From the human T2T-CHM13v2.0 reference genome, Homo sapiens: DNA of 64,000 bases. Under the pieces are notes generated by a model. That model did no database searches. It saw only the letters and a list, made by a program, of their open reading frames with translations, and was not told the DNA's origin. Within the stretch, counting starts at the first letter, position 1; every line of letters starts with the position of its first letter. The position numbers and the translations under genes were made by a program. This document shows positions 1-16,677 of the stretch, one piece after another. The stretch is taken from assembly GCF_009914755.1 (NCBI RefSeq), contig NC_060941.1; one strand, 5' to 3'.

Positions 1-504
1 TGGCTCTAGACTGAAGACTTCAGTCCAATTTTCCGAATGGCCTCTTTTGACTTACTGTGCAAAACCCCCACTTTGGCTCTGAACCATTCTCTGAATATTA
101 GCATAAGCACCTAATGCTGCTTGACTAAATTGTTTCTGTTGAGAGAGGGGGATGAGGAAAGGCTGGCACGGGGAACATCTGTTAGGGCTGTACCTTTTCA
201 TTGTATTAATTTTTCTGACTTCTGGGATTATTTTCATTATGCAACTCTTCAATAAAGCAAATTTGGTATGATAAGGACTTAACATTCCCCCCCACTCATT
301 TTAAACATATGGGGTTTCCAGGCTGTTATTCAAAGCTGTCCTACAGACTAAAATTTAAAATACAAGTGAACCAAGATTCTGCAGCTGAATCTGGGCTTTG
401 AGGAGCCTACAGTGGGAGAAGGGGATGAAAAAAAATATTTTGTGGAATGTACTATAACCAACCAATAAGATGTTTTTGCTATTTTAATTGGCTCTTCCTG
501 GCAG

Positions 505-550
505 GAGTTTCATACAGCGGTGTCTCAGACACTGACCAAATCTGTTTATG
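505..550 (+). other. Candidate 46-nt cassette/UTR exon
   Basis: Acceptor ttttaattggctcttcctggcAG (503-504) with AG-free upstream zone; consensus donor ATG|GTAAGT at 551; repeat-free context. Confidence 0.4.
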
Positions 551-3500
551 GTAAGTCATTTTTGTAGAGAACAACAACATTCAACAGGCTATGGTATCAC
601 TCCATTTGGAAGTATGTTTCCTGATCTTGAGGTCGTAGAAGAAAATGACAGGAACATACTTGTGCCCACACAGGCCCTAATCTGTCTTGCTGGCATTCCT
701 TAGACATTTATTTATTGAAGAGTCCTTGTGTCTATATTGAGGGGAGAAACTAGATAGGTTAAGGAATGGATGATAACTTTGATTCTGAGAGCTCTTGCGC
801 TATCAGAAGGAATGTGATTGACGGTGCTTGAATGAAAGGGTAACTGTTACAGTATCAACCAAGAGATAGAGGATGGCTGGTTTTGGAAGCTGACTTGCAA
901 CACTGTTATATCTGGAGTTATAACCTTCCAGAGTGTTACAAAGTTTCCAGTCTATTCTTCCTATGTCTGCCCTCAGTGAGCTAGCATTGAGATTCGGCTG
1001 TTTATTTGCAGAAATAGTTAATCTATCTTTCTTTTAAAATTAACGCCTTCTGGAAACAGTGGCTCAACGGGGAAATGAACTCTTCACTAAAATCTCACAT
1101 TTCTTACGCTTCCACTTGGAATAAGATCCCTCTCAACACAAATAATGTTTAATTTTTTTAACCACTCTGAAGCTAACTTAGGTTTAATTTTAGTTTATGC
1201 TAAAAGTTTTTCTTATGTGACTCCTACAGTTTTCCTAGAGTTATTGAAAAAACTGCTCCTATAAAGCAAGTTTAGTTTTTATTCTGTTCATTTTAGATCC
1301 TTAATATTGTTCTTTCATTACTACTTGAGGGGAATTTAAAAAGAAAGAAATATAACAGCTGTTTTGAAGTACATTTGAAAAATGGTAAACTGCAGAATCT
1401 GTTGCTTTTCCTTGACTCTCTTCACTCTCCCCCAAAGACCTTTAAATAGAAGCTGTTTCCTTTTGCTGCATTAACCCCAAACCCTATCTGATTTCTTCCA
1501 GTTGCCGAGCAAACAGTGGCAGCTTGCCTCTGAAGGCCACCAAAAAGGACCAAAATGTTTGCATGGAAATGGCAGCCAAGAAACCCCTAATATTAAGAAC
1601 CTACCTTGAAATCTGCCAATTAATGAATGGAAGCTTCATCAGATTTTCAAATGGCTTTTATAAAATTATATAATGGAGGTGAAAGTGAAAGGTCTACACT
1701 ATAACTCCTATTACATGAGCTAAATGTGTAAGCCTTACCATTTGATGTGCTCTTCTAGGCTTAACAGTAAGGACCATTTTGGAGTTAAAATTGTGTGGAT
1801 TAGTTCTGTGTTAAACATGTCTTCATCTCATTTATGTATTGTATTAAACTCTTTGGGGAAACAGATAAAAAGGACATTTTAGGCTTTACAAACACGCTAC
1901 ACACCATAAAATGTTTGTTTCAGCCCATTGCTTACTCCAAAGCAATGGCCTTTTGCTTGAAGATAATCTCAATAATAGAAAACAGTTACCAAAGGAACTA
2001 GGTTTTGGGTGGACGACTTAGCCCTCCACAAGGGACTGCAGAATCCTGGTATTTGAACTGGCAGGGTGTTTGGTTTCTTTTTTTTTTTTTCTTTTTTTTT
2101 TTTGGCTTGTTTGTTTTCGTTTGTCAGAATATGGCCCCAGTTTGGTTTAAGTTTTGAATGTTCAGGAATTTCTCAGAGCAGACAGGGGTCCATAAGGGCT
2201 TAGTAGTGCTTCTACTGTGCAAACAGTGATTTCTTTTTTCTCCAAAAATTAATTTGGCGTAAGTGTGATCATGGCTGCTTGACATTTTTTTGTTTTGAGA
2301 TGGGAGAGCATAAACCACATTCAAAGGAAAAATTAGAGCCTATGTATTAGAATATTTAAACTGCTTAATGTAGAGCAAAGGAAAATGTCACAATTGGATG
2401 CTGTTGTGTTCTAAGCAAGCAATGCTTCTCTGGATTTGGATACTTGAGAAATCCTTTATTTAGAAGTCATTCATATTCATCTTTAATACAGCAACTGTGA
2501 ATATCATTAGCCAGAAGCAATAAATTTTGTGAAAATTATTTGGCAATTGAGAAGGTAGGGTAGCCAGTTGAAGTCCTGTGGGCCCAAGGAGGAACTTGGC
2601 AGTGAGTTATTGTCAAAAGCTGCGAGTGCCAGGAGTCAGCCCAAGGAGAGTTCTGTGGGAATCAGAGGAGTGTGGGGCCAGTTGAGTCCTTATATTATTT
2701 ATTCCTGCAAGCATGACAGATTGATTATTACGGATCTGAAAAATCACTTGCATGGGTCTTCTCATTCTTTTTCACCCCTCTTTTCTTTCTTTTTGGGAGT
2801 GGATAAGACTTAAAAACCACATACCTCAGGATACATTGCCGAATCAAAATTTTTCTGATGGTCGCAGACTTCCGTGTCTAGAAAGCTGCTAGCTTTCTAC
2901 TATTTAAAATACAAATTTTGGGATATGGCAAGCCTCACCATTTCTTCACTGTATGTAGTACTGCTTGCTGGGCAGCAGACAGTAAATATTAAGTAAGCTC
3001 TTCAAAATCAGTTTCATTCCATCAGAGCATGGTGACATTTTTTTCCCCTGCTTTTAATCTCTAAGGTGCAAATTTTGAGGGATGTTAAGTAATTTTAAAA
3101 ATTTATCTACTGTCTTTGTGTTTGCTGTGAGATATCTTTCTGGAGATAGAAAATTAAGTGAGGCGTGTTGTTCTGAAATCTGGGTGCCAGTAATTCTTGC
3201 ATCGTAGGGAGCTGTGCCTTGCACTGTGTATACATGTCAAATCTGAACATCTCACCTCGAAAGAAGTTTGCCAAAAGGTAAAAAGCACTTCCCAAACAAT
3301 CCTACGGTTTTGAGTAAGGAGTACTCAAAGAAAGAAAGGGACTGTTTTCAGATGTTTCATAAATGGTAATCAATCACTAATAATTAACTAGGTACTTGAC
3401 CATGCAGGTATGCTCCCAGCACAGTGCGATAGCAGCTTAGAATTTGAGATTGAACTTTTACCCTGGTTATCTTTAGAATACTGTTTCTCTTTCATTTATG

Positions 3501-3714
3501 TGAATAAACATGTATTTTGCATGTTACTGTAAACATTTATATATCCTTATACCTTTGCAGTTTACCAAGAAAGGCTTATAAAATTGTGATAAAGATTTCT
3601 AGTGAATTATTTTCTTACAGCTCTTATGCAAGGAATTCAAGATTTTTGTATTATCCTGAGTCATAGATATAAGTGGTTTGATAGGTTATAAGCTATCTTG
3701 ACACTGTTCTGCAT

Positions 3715-3830
3715 TTATAAATTCAGCCATTCTGCAAATGTTTCTGGAGCACCTGCTGCACACAGACACCAAGGACACACCAGCGACTAAGTCAGTTGTG
3801 GTCCCTACTTTTGAGGGAGTGTTGAAGTCT
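3715..3830 (-). mobile_element. L2 3' fragment
   Basis: attcagccattctgcaaatgtttctggagcacctgctg...gtccctactttt resembles the antisense L2 3' end. Confidence 0.5.
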
Positions 3831-3852
3831 ATTCAATTAAAAGCCAAATCAT

Positions 3853-4189
<337 letters not shown>

Positions 4190-5159
4190 TCAGAGATGGA
4201 GAAAACTTTGGGAGGCAGGGTGAGCATCTGAACCTATTTGAATGTAGATATAACTAATGCCAAGCAAGGGAATTATGGGGACAGGACAGAATGTCAAAGT
4301 TATACACCTAGAAACTATAAAAATAGTGTAACAGAGCCAAAGTCTGGAGGCAGAGAGAGGAAAAGTAAGAGAAGGTATAAGCATGCTGGTGTCCACATCT
4401 TTGATAGTAGATTTAACTGATTCTGTCTAAAACAAAAGCATTGTTCAAAAAAATTGCTTCAGCTTTTTAAATATTTTCACCATCTCTTAATCTGAAATTT
4501 CATTAATTTTATTTTGTTAGAGTCAAGAAAAATTATATCAGAAGTGAAAATAGCATGTGGAACATGTTCCCATTTTCATAAAGATTACTTGTCATCCATC
4601 CTTGTTCATAGAAAGATGGCTAGAATGGTTTTTGCTTAGTGTTAATGATATTATTTCTGTGTGTTGGCATTTGAGTTGATTTATTTTTACATTTGTCTTT
4701 CTACTCTGCATTGCATAAATTCTCTATTTCTTTTTTTAAAAAAGAAGCATAATATGCCAAGATGTTTAAAGTAGATAATTTTGGATGTTGAGAACCTGAA
4801 TAATTTTTTTTTTTGTAGTTTTAATTTCCAAAATTAGGGGAGAGGGAGCATCTTGTTTGGTTTACCGTGCTGACCATAGGTTATATGTCATTTTATGCAT
4901 ATAAGTTTAAGTAATTTAAGTACCAAGTTACTACTAGTACTTGATTTCCTAAGTTGCTGGGAATATACACTGTGGGCTGTTCATAATTTTTGGTACTTAA
5001 TCCATTTCCTCTCTGCCATGCTTAGCTTTTTCTCTATCACTTTCTTCCCCCCTTGTCTATTCTGGGGCCATATCACTCTTTGTTATCCATCACTGAATGG
5101 CCTAACTTCCTTTCAAACAGAGTTTCCCTCATTTGGTTGGTTTTCGGTTTTCATGGAAA

Positions 5160-5530
5160 GCTATTGAAGGGGTGTAAGTGAGTATGGGGTAGGGGAAGCT
5201 GGTTTTGTTATGATCAGGTTTAGAAGTTCATTTGGCCTGCTGTGCAGAGACCGGATTGGAGGGAGACTGGAGTGAGTGAGACTATACCAGTTGGGTACTG
5301 CTGAACAGCCATCCCTGAAAGTGATGGCGACTTGGACGGAGGAGGTGGGGAGGTGGACTTAAGAGGCTGTACTTGAAAAATGGACTAGACTTAGTGGAAG
5401 ATTAGATATAAAGGGGGGGTTGAAGGACAGGGAGTATCCAGGGTGACTTGTAGGTTCTGAGCTTGCACAATAGGATGGATGGCAATCCATTTGCTGAGAT
5501 AAGGCATGATGGAAGAGGAACTTGATGTTT
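5160..5530 (-). mobile_element. L2 fragment
   Basis: gctattgaagggg...ggattggagggagactgg...ggattagatataaagggg..., typical antisense L2 body. Confidence 0.55.
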
Positions 5531-5619
5531 GTTTATGTCTGAATCATCTGAATCATGAGGCTGGACCAGGTGACCTTGGGCTTCATTTTAAAATTGATAG
5601 CACCATGATGCCTACCATT

Positions 5620-5785
5620 GTATGTTTTCAGTGAGGGCTCATGAGTGGGTGTCTTGGGCCCCATCCCTCCCTAACTTAGAGGAAAAAAAAAATTGTCAGC
5701 AGCATTTTCTGGGGAGAGGTTCCTTCCATATTTTTCATTAGGCTTTCCAGGGGGGCCTTGGCTCAAGAAAAATTAAGAACCACTG
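5620..5785. mobile_element. MER103-like hAT-Charlie fragment
   Basis: cattttctggggagagg...aaaaattaagaaccactg terminus. Confidence 0.5.
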
Positions 5786-6076
5786 ACTAAGTATGTTCAG
5801 TCACAGTGACCATTCAATAAATAATTGTCATAGGCTCGTAAAGCAGAAGAACAGTATCGATGAATGGAAATTTCCTATTCGGCATTTTAGAAGGGAGTTT
5901 GAAGTGCTCCTAGGAGCCATTTTCCCAGCATGGTCTTTTCTGACCACCTAAGACCAAAATGATTATTCAGTCTCTTAATTCCTTTAGCGGTAATTGTGCA
6001 TGTACTATTTCTTGGCTTTATTTTTATGTTTTTTTGACTATGCTGTTTAGCTTTTCCAATAGAAACAGCTAGCTGT

Positions 6077-6232
6077 GCCGGGCGCTGTGGCTCACGCCTG
6101 TAATCCCAGCACTTTGGGAGGCTGAGGCGGGCAGATAGCTTGAGCTCAGGAGCTTGAGATCAGGCTGGCCAACATGGTGAAACCCATCTGTACCAAAAAC
6201 AAAAAACAAACAACAACAACAACAAAAAAAAA
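6077..6232 (+). mobile_element. Free left Alu monomer (FLAM-like)
   Basis: Left arm only, then A/CAA tail; TSD aaacagctagctgt / aaacagttagttgt. Confidence 0.9.
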
Positions 6233-6244
6233 ACAGTTAGTTGT

Positions 6245-6410
6245 TATTAGCCTATCCCCATGCTGGCTAAGTTACATAATCATCCCTGTAAAGTTAGTGT
6301 TGGCATCCTTATTTTAGAGATGAGGAAACTGAGGCTTAGAAATGTAAGTAAATGGTAGCTAGTAAGTGGCAGAACTGTGATTTGAATCAAGGCTCTTTGA
6401 CTCCAGAGCT
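6245..6410 (-). mobile_element. MIR
   Basis: Core attttagagatgaggaaactgaggcttaga. Confidence 0.8.
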
Positions 6411-6432
6411 TTCTTTTTGTCACAGATATTGA

Positions 6433-6672
<240 letters not shown>

Positions 6673-7775
6673 TGAAAGAACGAATATACCTATTGCAGTA
6701 TGATCAAGCCTGTTTTATGTAATGCCCCTGCATATGCTCAGAATCAAGGATTACCCTTTTTATTTTTCTCATTTGTCTCCTATTTCTTTTGCAAACTAAA
6801 TACCCTTTCCCCCGCACCCTCTATTGCTGGATTTTCTTAGGAACTCTTATACCTTATCTTGCTTTGGAAATAGCAAAATACACAGGATTACAGAATTGTT
6901 ATCAATTCACACATTTGAGATTTATATGTTACCACCATTACTTCCTACACCAGTTTTCTAGCTACTTTTGTGTGTGTGTGTGTGTATTTAAATTGTGATT
7001 GAATTAGAAAACCTTGTTAGGAAGTTGAATTTCTGAAGCAATCATTTATGTTCAGCCTGTGTAACTAATGGACAATTATCTTTCAGTTTCCTCTGGAATC
7101 TTGCTTTAATGACTTTCAGAGTAGTGTTTATATATGCCATCACTTGCCTAATTAGTTTTATAAGGAAATCCGTGTCATCCCGGGTCATCCTGCCAATAGA
7201 GGCAGCTTCCAGTTCTCTTGAGCCTCCCGAGGGATGCATTCCCTTCACAAAGTGCTGGAAGCTGGCTTTCCTGGAGCTCCAGGGTCAGGGACCATTTTCC
7301 TTTTTTTATCATGGAAATGAAAAAGTCAGTGTCAGGGAGGTGGCTGACTGTACGACAGTCCTGATTATTGACTTATTTCTCTTACCTTAAAACTTGAGTT
7401 ATTTCATCGTAAAATTGCAGGCAGGAAAAATATATAGAAGCAGTAGCCTTCAGATTGAGGATGAAGAAATCTCTCTGAACTTCAAGGAAATTTGGAAATG
7501 AGCAAAAATTTTGAAAACATTTGAAAATGGAATTTATAGCCCTAATAAAAAATGCAGTTAGGTGTATCAACATTTTGATTCCTAGACCAAGCACAGTGCC
7601 TGGCATATAATAGATGGCTAATTAATTTCATTGAACGAATACCTAAGTAGATGATGGATGAATGCCACTGGAACATAATGTCCATGAGGGCAGTGTTGCT
7701 GATATTTCTAGCATCATCTAGAAGGTGCTCAGTAACTACATTCTGAGTGAATGACTGAGTGCCAGTAAAAGATAA

Positions 7776-8097
<322 letters not shown>

Positions 8098-8108
8098 TGA
8101 GATATCTT

Positions 8109-8245
8109 TTTTAAATTAAAAAAAAAAAATTAGAGACAGAGTCTTGCTATATTGCCCGGGATGGACTTTTGAACTCTTGGGCTCAAGCTTCTTGCTTCAG
8201 CCTCCCAAGTGGTTGGTTTTACAGGTTTGCGCCACTGTGCCTGGC
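8109..8245 (-). mobile_element. FLAM/old Alu monomer
   Basis: agagacagagtcttgctatattgccc...gccactgtgcctggc. Confidence 0.85.
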
Positions 8246-8446
8246 TGTTGGGTGGATTTTAGTATGAAAACTACAGATCCTAAGAGATGATCCCTGGGCA
8301 TATCAACAAAGTATATGTTTTAAAAAGCCAAGCTTATTAGAAATATTATGTCCTATGATACTGGAAATCCATTTTTATTTGAAAATATTAAATAGAGTTG
8401 ACATGTTGAATTTTTTAGTATAGATTAAGGCACTAGTTCTTAGGAT

Positions 8447-10250
<1,804 letters not shown>

Positions 10251-12237
10251 TTGATTTAAGAGGTTAGAAACATCACATTAAAATTCATACTAATAAAGTG
10301 AAATTGTGCCAATTGCCCAAAACAGTGCATCAATCCAAAACTCTTATTTGTCTTGGAGAAATGCATTCAAAACATAGTCAACACCACTATCTCATTTTGT
10401 CTCTGTGTTGTGTTAAGATGGGTTTGCATACTTTCAGCCTCTTAGAGCAGGCAGTTGGAACATTATCCAGCAGCAGGTTGAACAGCAGAGGGGGAGGGCA
10501 GCTGGAAGTTAGGCTAATCTAACAAATGAGTCATCCACATGTGGATAATGGAGTTGTAAAATTACTCTCAGCTTTAGTCAGCAGCAACCAAACTATACGG
10601 TTAAAAATTACAGGTCTCCAAAATAGAGACTTCCTGAGAACTTTTAGTATAGCATTTAACTGAGAATGTATCAAGGGTTTGGTTGAGGATTTTTTCATAA
10701 AACCTTTCTGTTCTGGAAGGCAAGTTTGTTATTAAGAGCTTCAGTAATTTCTCTTACGAAGTGTTCAAAATGCACCAGAACCTGAACACAATGTGAGCAG
10801 CTGAGTGTTCATCTTAGCTGCGTCCATCAAGTGAACGGTTTGCTCTCTTCCTGTCCATAATTTGAGAGTCAGCCTAATGGTGAGTGGACAGTCATCTAAT
10901 AAAATATTTCATACCTGTGGCAGCAGGTATAAAGCAAATAGTTTATTTTTGCTTTCCATGTAAAGTTTGGCAGTAAAGTTTTTGTCTTGAGATTTTTGTT
11001 TTATAAGAGAAATTAAAATTCCTTCTGGGCTTTTGCTGTTCTCCCCTGAGGATGAATATGCTGCCTGCCTACCCTGCTACCCCCCGCATTTGGCAAGGTT
11101 GCACATGTCTTAGGGATGGAAAACCAGTAGCCAACACTAAACCAGGCCTGCTGTGTAGACCTGGCTTGGTGAGTATGGAGCTGTTCCGCAGTAGAGGTTT
11201 GCAAAGAAACCATCACACCCTTGTTTCCTCTCTCCTTCTGGCTTTTCATTTTTCTTCTGGCCTTTTGCATGGAAGAAATAAGTCATCCCTTTTGAACAGT
11301 TTGGGTATGGAGTGTTTGCCCATGCGGTAGACTCTGGCAGGACAGAGAGGGTTTTCCCGGGCCTTTAGTTGTCCAGGTCCTGTATTCTCACATCTCCTCT
11401 GGGCTGCTGACTGCGCACAAACACAAAATTCATTCCTCCAATAGAACAGTGTTTGGCCTGGCTCCCAAAAACTGCTCTCCTCACTTGCACGGCTTTGATT
11501 GAGTGTTAGGTGTCTCTTTGGCTGCCTCCAGTGTCTCTTATTTTTAGGGCCTTCGTTAATGTCTTCTGTGTGTGAAACATGAAAATGGAGCCATGGCTGC
11601 TGGAATTGGAAACTTAGGGTTTTTAGGCCACCATTCCCTTATCACATGGCGTTATCAGGTTATTTAGTTACAGAGGTTAAAAAAAAAGTCCACCCTAGGA
11701 GCCGGCGTGTGTGGGGAAAGGAGAGAGGGGGCAGCTGAGCACCTAATGGGCAGTGAAAAAAGATACTGTAACTAAAGCTCGGGCTAGTGTCCTCAGAGCG
11801 ATGGCCTTTCAGGTGCTGGCAGGGGTCTGCTTACAGCTCAGCCTGGTTACAAATGAGGGGATAAATTGGTGGTAACAGTGCCTTTTTATTTTTTTCCTTT
11901 TTCCTTTGGAAACTGGCTTTTCACATGTTGGAAAACGAGCTTGGATGCTCGGTGTAGGTAACAGGCAATTCTGATCTGAGAGGAAGGGCTCAGGAAAGGT
12001 GTGACCAAATGAGCCGTCTGAGTGGTCAGTCCTGCCCGGGGCTCACCCAGGCAGGGAGCTGGGGTCTTTCATGTGGGTGTCCGTGGACCCACAGGAGACA
12101 GGGAGGGATTGATTACAGGGGAGACCACTTCTGTTTCCCTTTCCTAAAGGAAACAGAAAATGGAAATAAAAATCTAAAATTATGTTATTTTCCATTTTTG
12201 GAATTCTGTTCATTTGTGTTTGGGGCCAGTTTTATTA

Positions 12238-12539
<302 letters not shown>

Positions 12540-12974
12540 TGGGACCAGTTTTTGACGGTCCCTAGCCTTCCATGAGCATTCGTGTGCAAATGCACAGTCC
12601 AGAGGCATGTTTAGTTGACTCTGGTTTCCTCCCTCCCTTTCAATGTGTGGAACTCGCAGCGTTCTTTCTCTGCATTGCTGCGATCTGCCACACTTCTCGT
12701 TTTATCATGGACTGCAGTACAATGTAATTGTCTGTGTGCCAGTTTCCTCTGTCTTACTAAAGTGTGAATGTTTGATGGAAGAAACTCTGAGTGGACAGGG
12801 TCTGTCATAATCACCCCAGTATTCCCCATCGTGTGGTGCTGAGCTTGGTATGTAGTGGGGAGTGGGTATGCAGTGAATGTGGAATGGGTGGATGCTTGAA
12901 TGAGTACAGCCGAATTTCCTGGCCAGGAAAACCGTGAAGTGTTAGCACTGTTCTGATTTTACTTCCTCCTTCAG

Positions 12975-13107
12975 GCTATGGGCGCGTGCCAACTGACAGG
13001 GCAGGGACTGCCATGGCTAGTGGCTATTACCTAAACTCCAGCCCAGTTTTGGTGCCCCCGTTTCTGAGTCCTGAGCAAGTGTTCCTGGCATTGTGTTGGT
13101 TCCTATG
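12975..13107 (+). other. Candidate 133-nt cryptic/alternative exon
   Basis: Branch-like ctgat plus ttttacttcctccttcAG (12973-12974); donor ATG|GTATGT at 13108. Confidence 0.3.
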
Positions 13108-13399
13108 GTATGTGTTTTAGTCTGTGAGACTCTTTCCTCAGTTTGAAGATCTGAAAGTAAAATGTTTCACCCAAGGTTTTTAGATTCGAGAGCTCATCCC
13201 GTAGGCCAGGGAGAGTGAGTACTAATACCCTATATGTGGCTGTGTTTAGAAAGGGCTATTGGGAAACATAAAAAATAGATTTTGACATTGGAAACAAATA
13301 CATTTTAGTATGTGCTGCTAAAGAAATGTGTGCTATAAGCTATTCTCCTGGGGTTATAAATCATTAAATATTAACTTTTTAAACGATTAAACATGTGAC

Positions 13400-13850
13400 T
13401 ATATCTTATTGGTTACAAATAATAAATGCCTACTCAAACCAGCGTAAACCATAAAAGTAGAATTTGTATAAGGATTCACAGGGTGGTTTATGGGGAGAAG
13501 GGCAGGAAATGCTGCCAGGCTACAAGGGAGTCTGGAACCAGGACTAGGGCAATACCAGGAGCCAAGGCACTGCTCTTTCACCCCGAGAACCCTGGGACTC
13601 ACCCGTGCTTCTCTCCCAGTATCAGATTCGTTCTCTGTGGCAGTGGTTGGGCTTCCTCCACTTCCCTGCTCTTAGGGTCTAAACTGGCAGTGTCACGTCG
13701 TGAGCATACCTCTGCCTTCAAGTTCAAATGCAGACAGACACAAGTCTCTGTTTAAATTCCTGAGGAAGAATTTGGTTGGCCCAATGTGGTCAGCTGTCTA
13801 CCCAAGTCCAATGAACTCTGCTCATGGGAATGGGGCTGGGGAATAAATGT
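13400..13850. mobile_element. Old MaLR LTR fragment (MLT1K/L-like)
   Basis: ttggttacaaataa...actcaaaccagc and ggttggcccaatgtggtcagctgtctaccc...ccaatgaactctg motifs. Confidence 0.5.
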
Positions 13851-14023
13851 GGCTTAGAGGGCTGACGTGAGATCCCAGAGTCTGGAAGCTATTTCAAGGT
13901 TCTGGAAATAGTCTAGTAGGGCTACAAAACTCAGAGCAAGCCATAGGGTCCGGACAGTACCCTATTTCCTTTATTTCTAATTATTTTCTGCTCTGCCTTT
14001 TGAGGGAACTCATCAGTGTCTTC

Positions 14024-14105
14024 CTGAGGCCTGGAGGCTTTTCTGTGATCATGAAATGTACTATCTGAGGCCTGGAGGCTTTTCTGTGACCATGAAATGA
14101 ACTAT
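14024..14105 (+). repeat. 41-bp tandem duplication (2 copies)
   Basis: ctgaggcctggaggcttttctgtga(t/c)catgaaatg(t/a)actat x2, with 2 mismatches. Confidence 0.97.
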
Positions 14106-14216
14106 CAAGAGCAGGGCATGGGCTCTGCAGACAGCCCAGGAGTTCTCTGCTGCAGGGCTAAGTGATAATTCTGCTGAGGCGGTTGACATTCTTCTGGTTA
14201 GCTTTAGGGCAGATGA

Positions 14217-14579
<363 letters not shown>

Positions 14580-15149
14580 TGAGTTGTATTATTTTAGGGT
14601 TTGGGGAGGAGGGAAGTGGCGAAGAATGGTATATGAAGGGTGTTCTTGATTTTTCAGAGATGAAATAATTTTATCCAGCCATTTATATTTCTATGTATTT
14701 CTTCGGTATCTGTTTTTAATATCCTGTTAGACGTTTTAGTCTGTCAAGAGTTATTGCTAATTGTCAACCAACTACCTGGTTGCAATGAAGATAGGTTCTT
14801 TTTATGCCATACACTCCAGAGATCTACTACACAGCTGGGTGGCTATGATTTGCATTAAACTAATAAAGTCCCCTGGTTAAAGGGGTATGTCCTAGATTTA
14901 ACATTTGAAATCCTTTCCATTAAGTGCAGCACAAGCAGATCTTTCTGCACATTTTGGTGAAGCTTAACCATTTTTGATGACTCATTTTGATCCTAATCTT
15001 TAATTTTTCTGATTGCTTTTGGTAACCTTCTATTTGGGCTGTGTGCCGAATTTTATGATAGGTATCCTTTAGACGGCAGATATAATCAGGTGATTTGATT
15101 CAGAAAAGGAGTTTGCTTTCCCTTCCGACTTCTGTTTTGAAAGCACCAA

Positions 15150-15499
<350 letters not shown>

Positions 15500-16665
15500 T
15501 TAAGATGGTCTGAGATTTTTGTGGCTTGCTCTGTGTTTTATAGCCCTGGTGGGCTGCAAACAGGTATCTTGCTTCAGCTCTCAGAGCAGCCTCAGTCACT
15601 GGGAACTTTTTTTTTTTCACGGATGCTGCTTTCTCAGCTTCTAGAATTGCCTCCTTAGTCCTGAGTTAGAATGTCAGAGACAGGTTTTATGCTACTTTGC
15701 TGGCAAGGATCACCATCGCACACGTCATGTAGTTTATCTTGAAATTTTATGATTTGGGAATCAGATTCCTTCAAATAAGTTTGTGTCATCTGTTTTGTTG
15801 AGAGAGCTCGTGGCTAGGATCGCAGACGCGAACATTGTTTCTTCCTGAATTGTGTCCTTGAGTTGGTTGGTGTGTATCTCCAGAGTCCATTGTTTCTTTT
15901 GCAGAATGAAGGAATTGGTCTGCAGTGATCTCAAAGATAATTCCAACCCAGCACACCAGGACTCAAACTTAAGAAAGAATTATTTTTGTTATGAGTCATG
16001 TACATTTAGGGTTCTTACCAGACAGAATAATTAAATACATGCAGCTCTGCTCCATGCAGGCAGGCTCTGGGTCCTCACCTCTGCATACAGGATGCTGAGC
16101 ATGGTAGTGGTTTAATCAATACTGTTGGTGGTGTAAATGGATGAATGGTGGCCATTCTGAAACGGCTTTGTAGGATCTAAGCTGTGTTGGGAGCCAATGT
16201 AAGTCTGGTCTCTGTCATTTGGAGTATATTTTGAAAATAGAAGATTAAAACCCCTCTTCATTTAAGTTGCCGTCTAAGGTCCTGGACCAGCCTTGGTTCA
16301 CCCAGGTTTTTTCCTCTGCAGGACATTGGCTCACAGAAAACAGGGCTGCCCCCTTTTCCTGCATATTTGGCCTCGGACTGCCTACTTGACTAATCAGTTT
16401 AAGCTCTTCCCTCTTAGGCCATTAATCCTATTTCTCCAGCCGAGAAGCAGCAGGATAATAGTAATGTGTCCTGTAGCTATTAAAAGATGATATTGCCTTG
16501 CACATAAATAAAGTACTTTTTTTTCCTCTGCAAAAGGATGATCAAACAAATTTAATTTTCATTTATGCTTTTGCCTTTTTGTGATATTTCTTTGTATCTT
16601 CTAGTACAATCAGGGGAGAACATCATTTTTACTGTTATTGATGGTTATTTTCTACTTGTTTTCAG

Positions 16666-16677
16666 CATCCTAACAAG
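16666..16677 (+). other. Candidate 12-nt microexon (catcctaacaag)
   Basis: ttattttctacttgttttcAG | CATCCTAACAAG | GTATTT; length divisible by 3. Confidence 0.25.
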
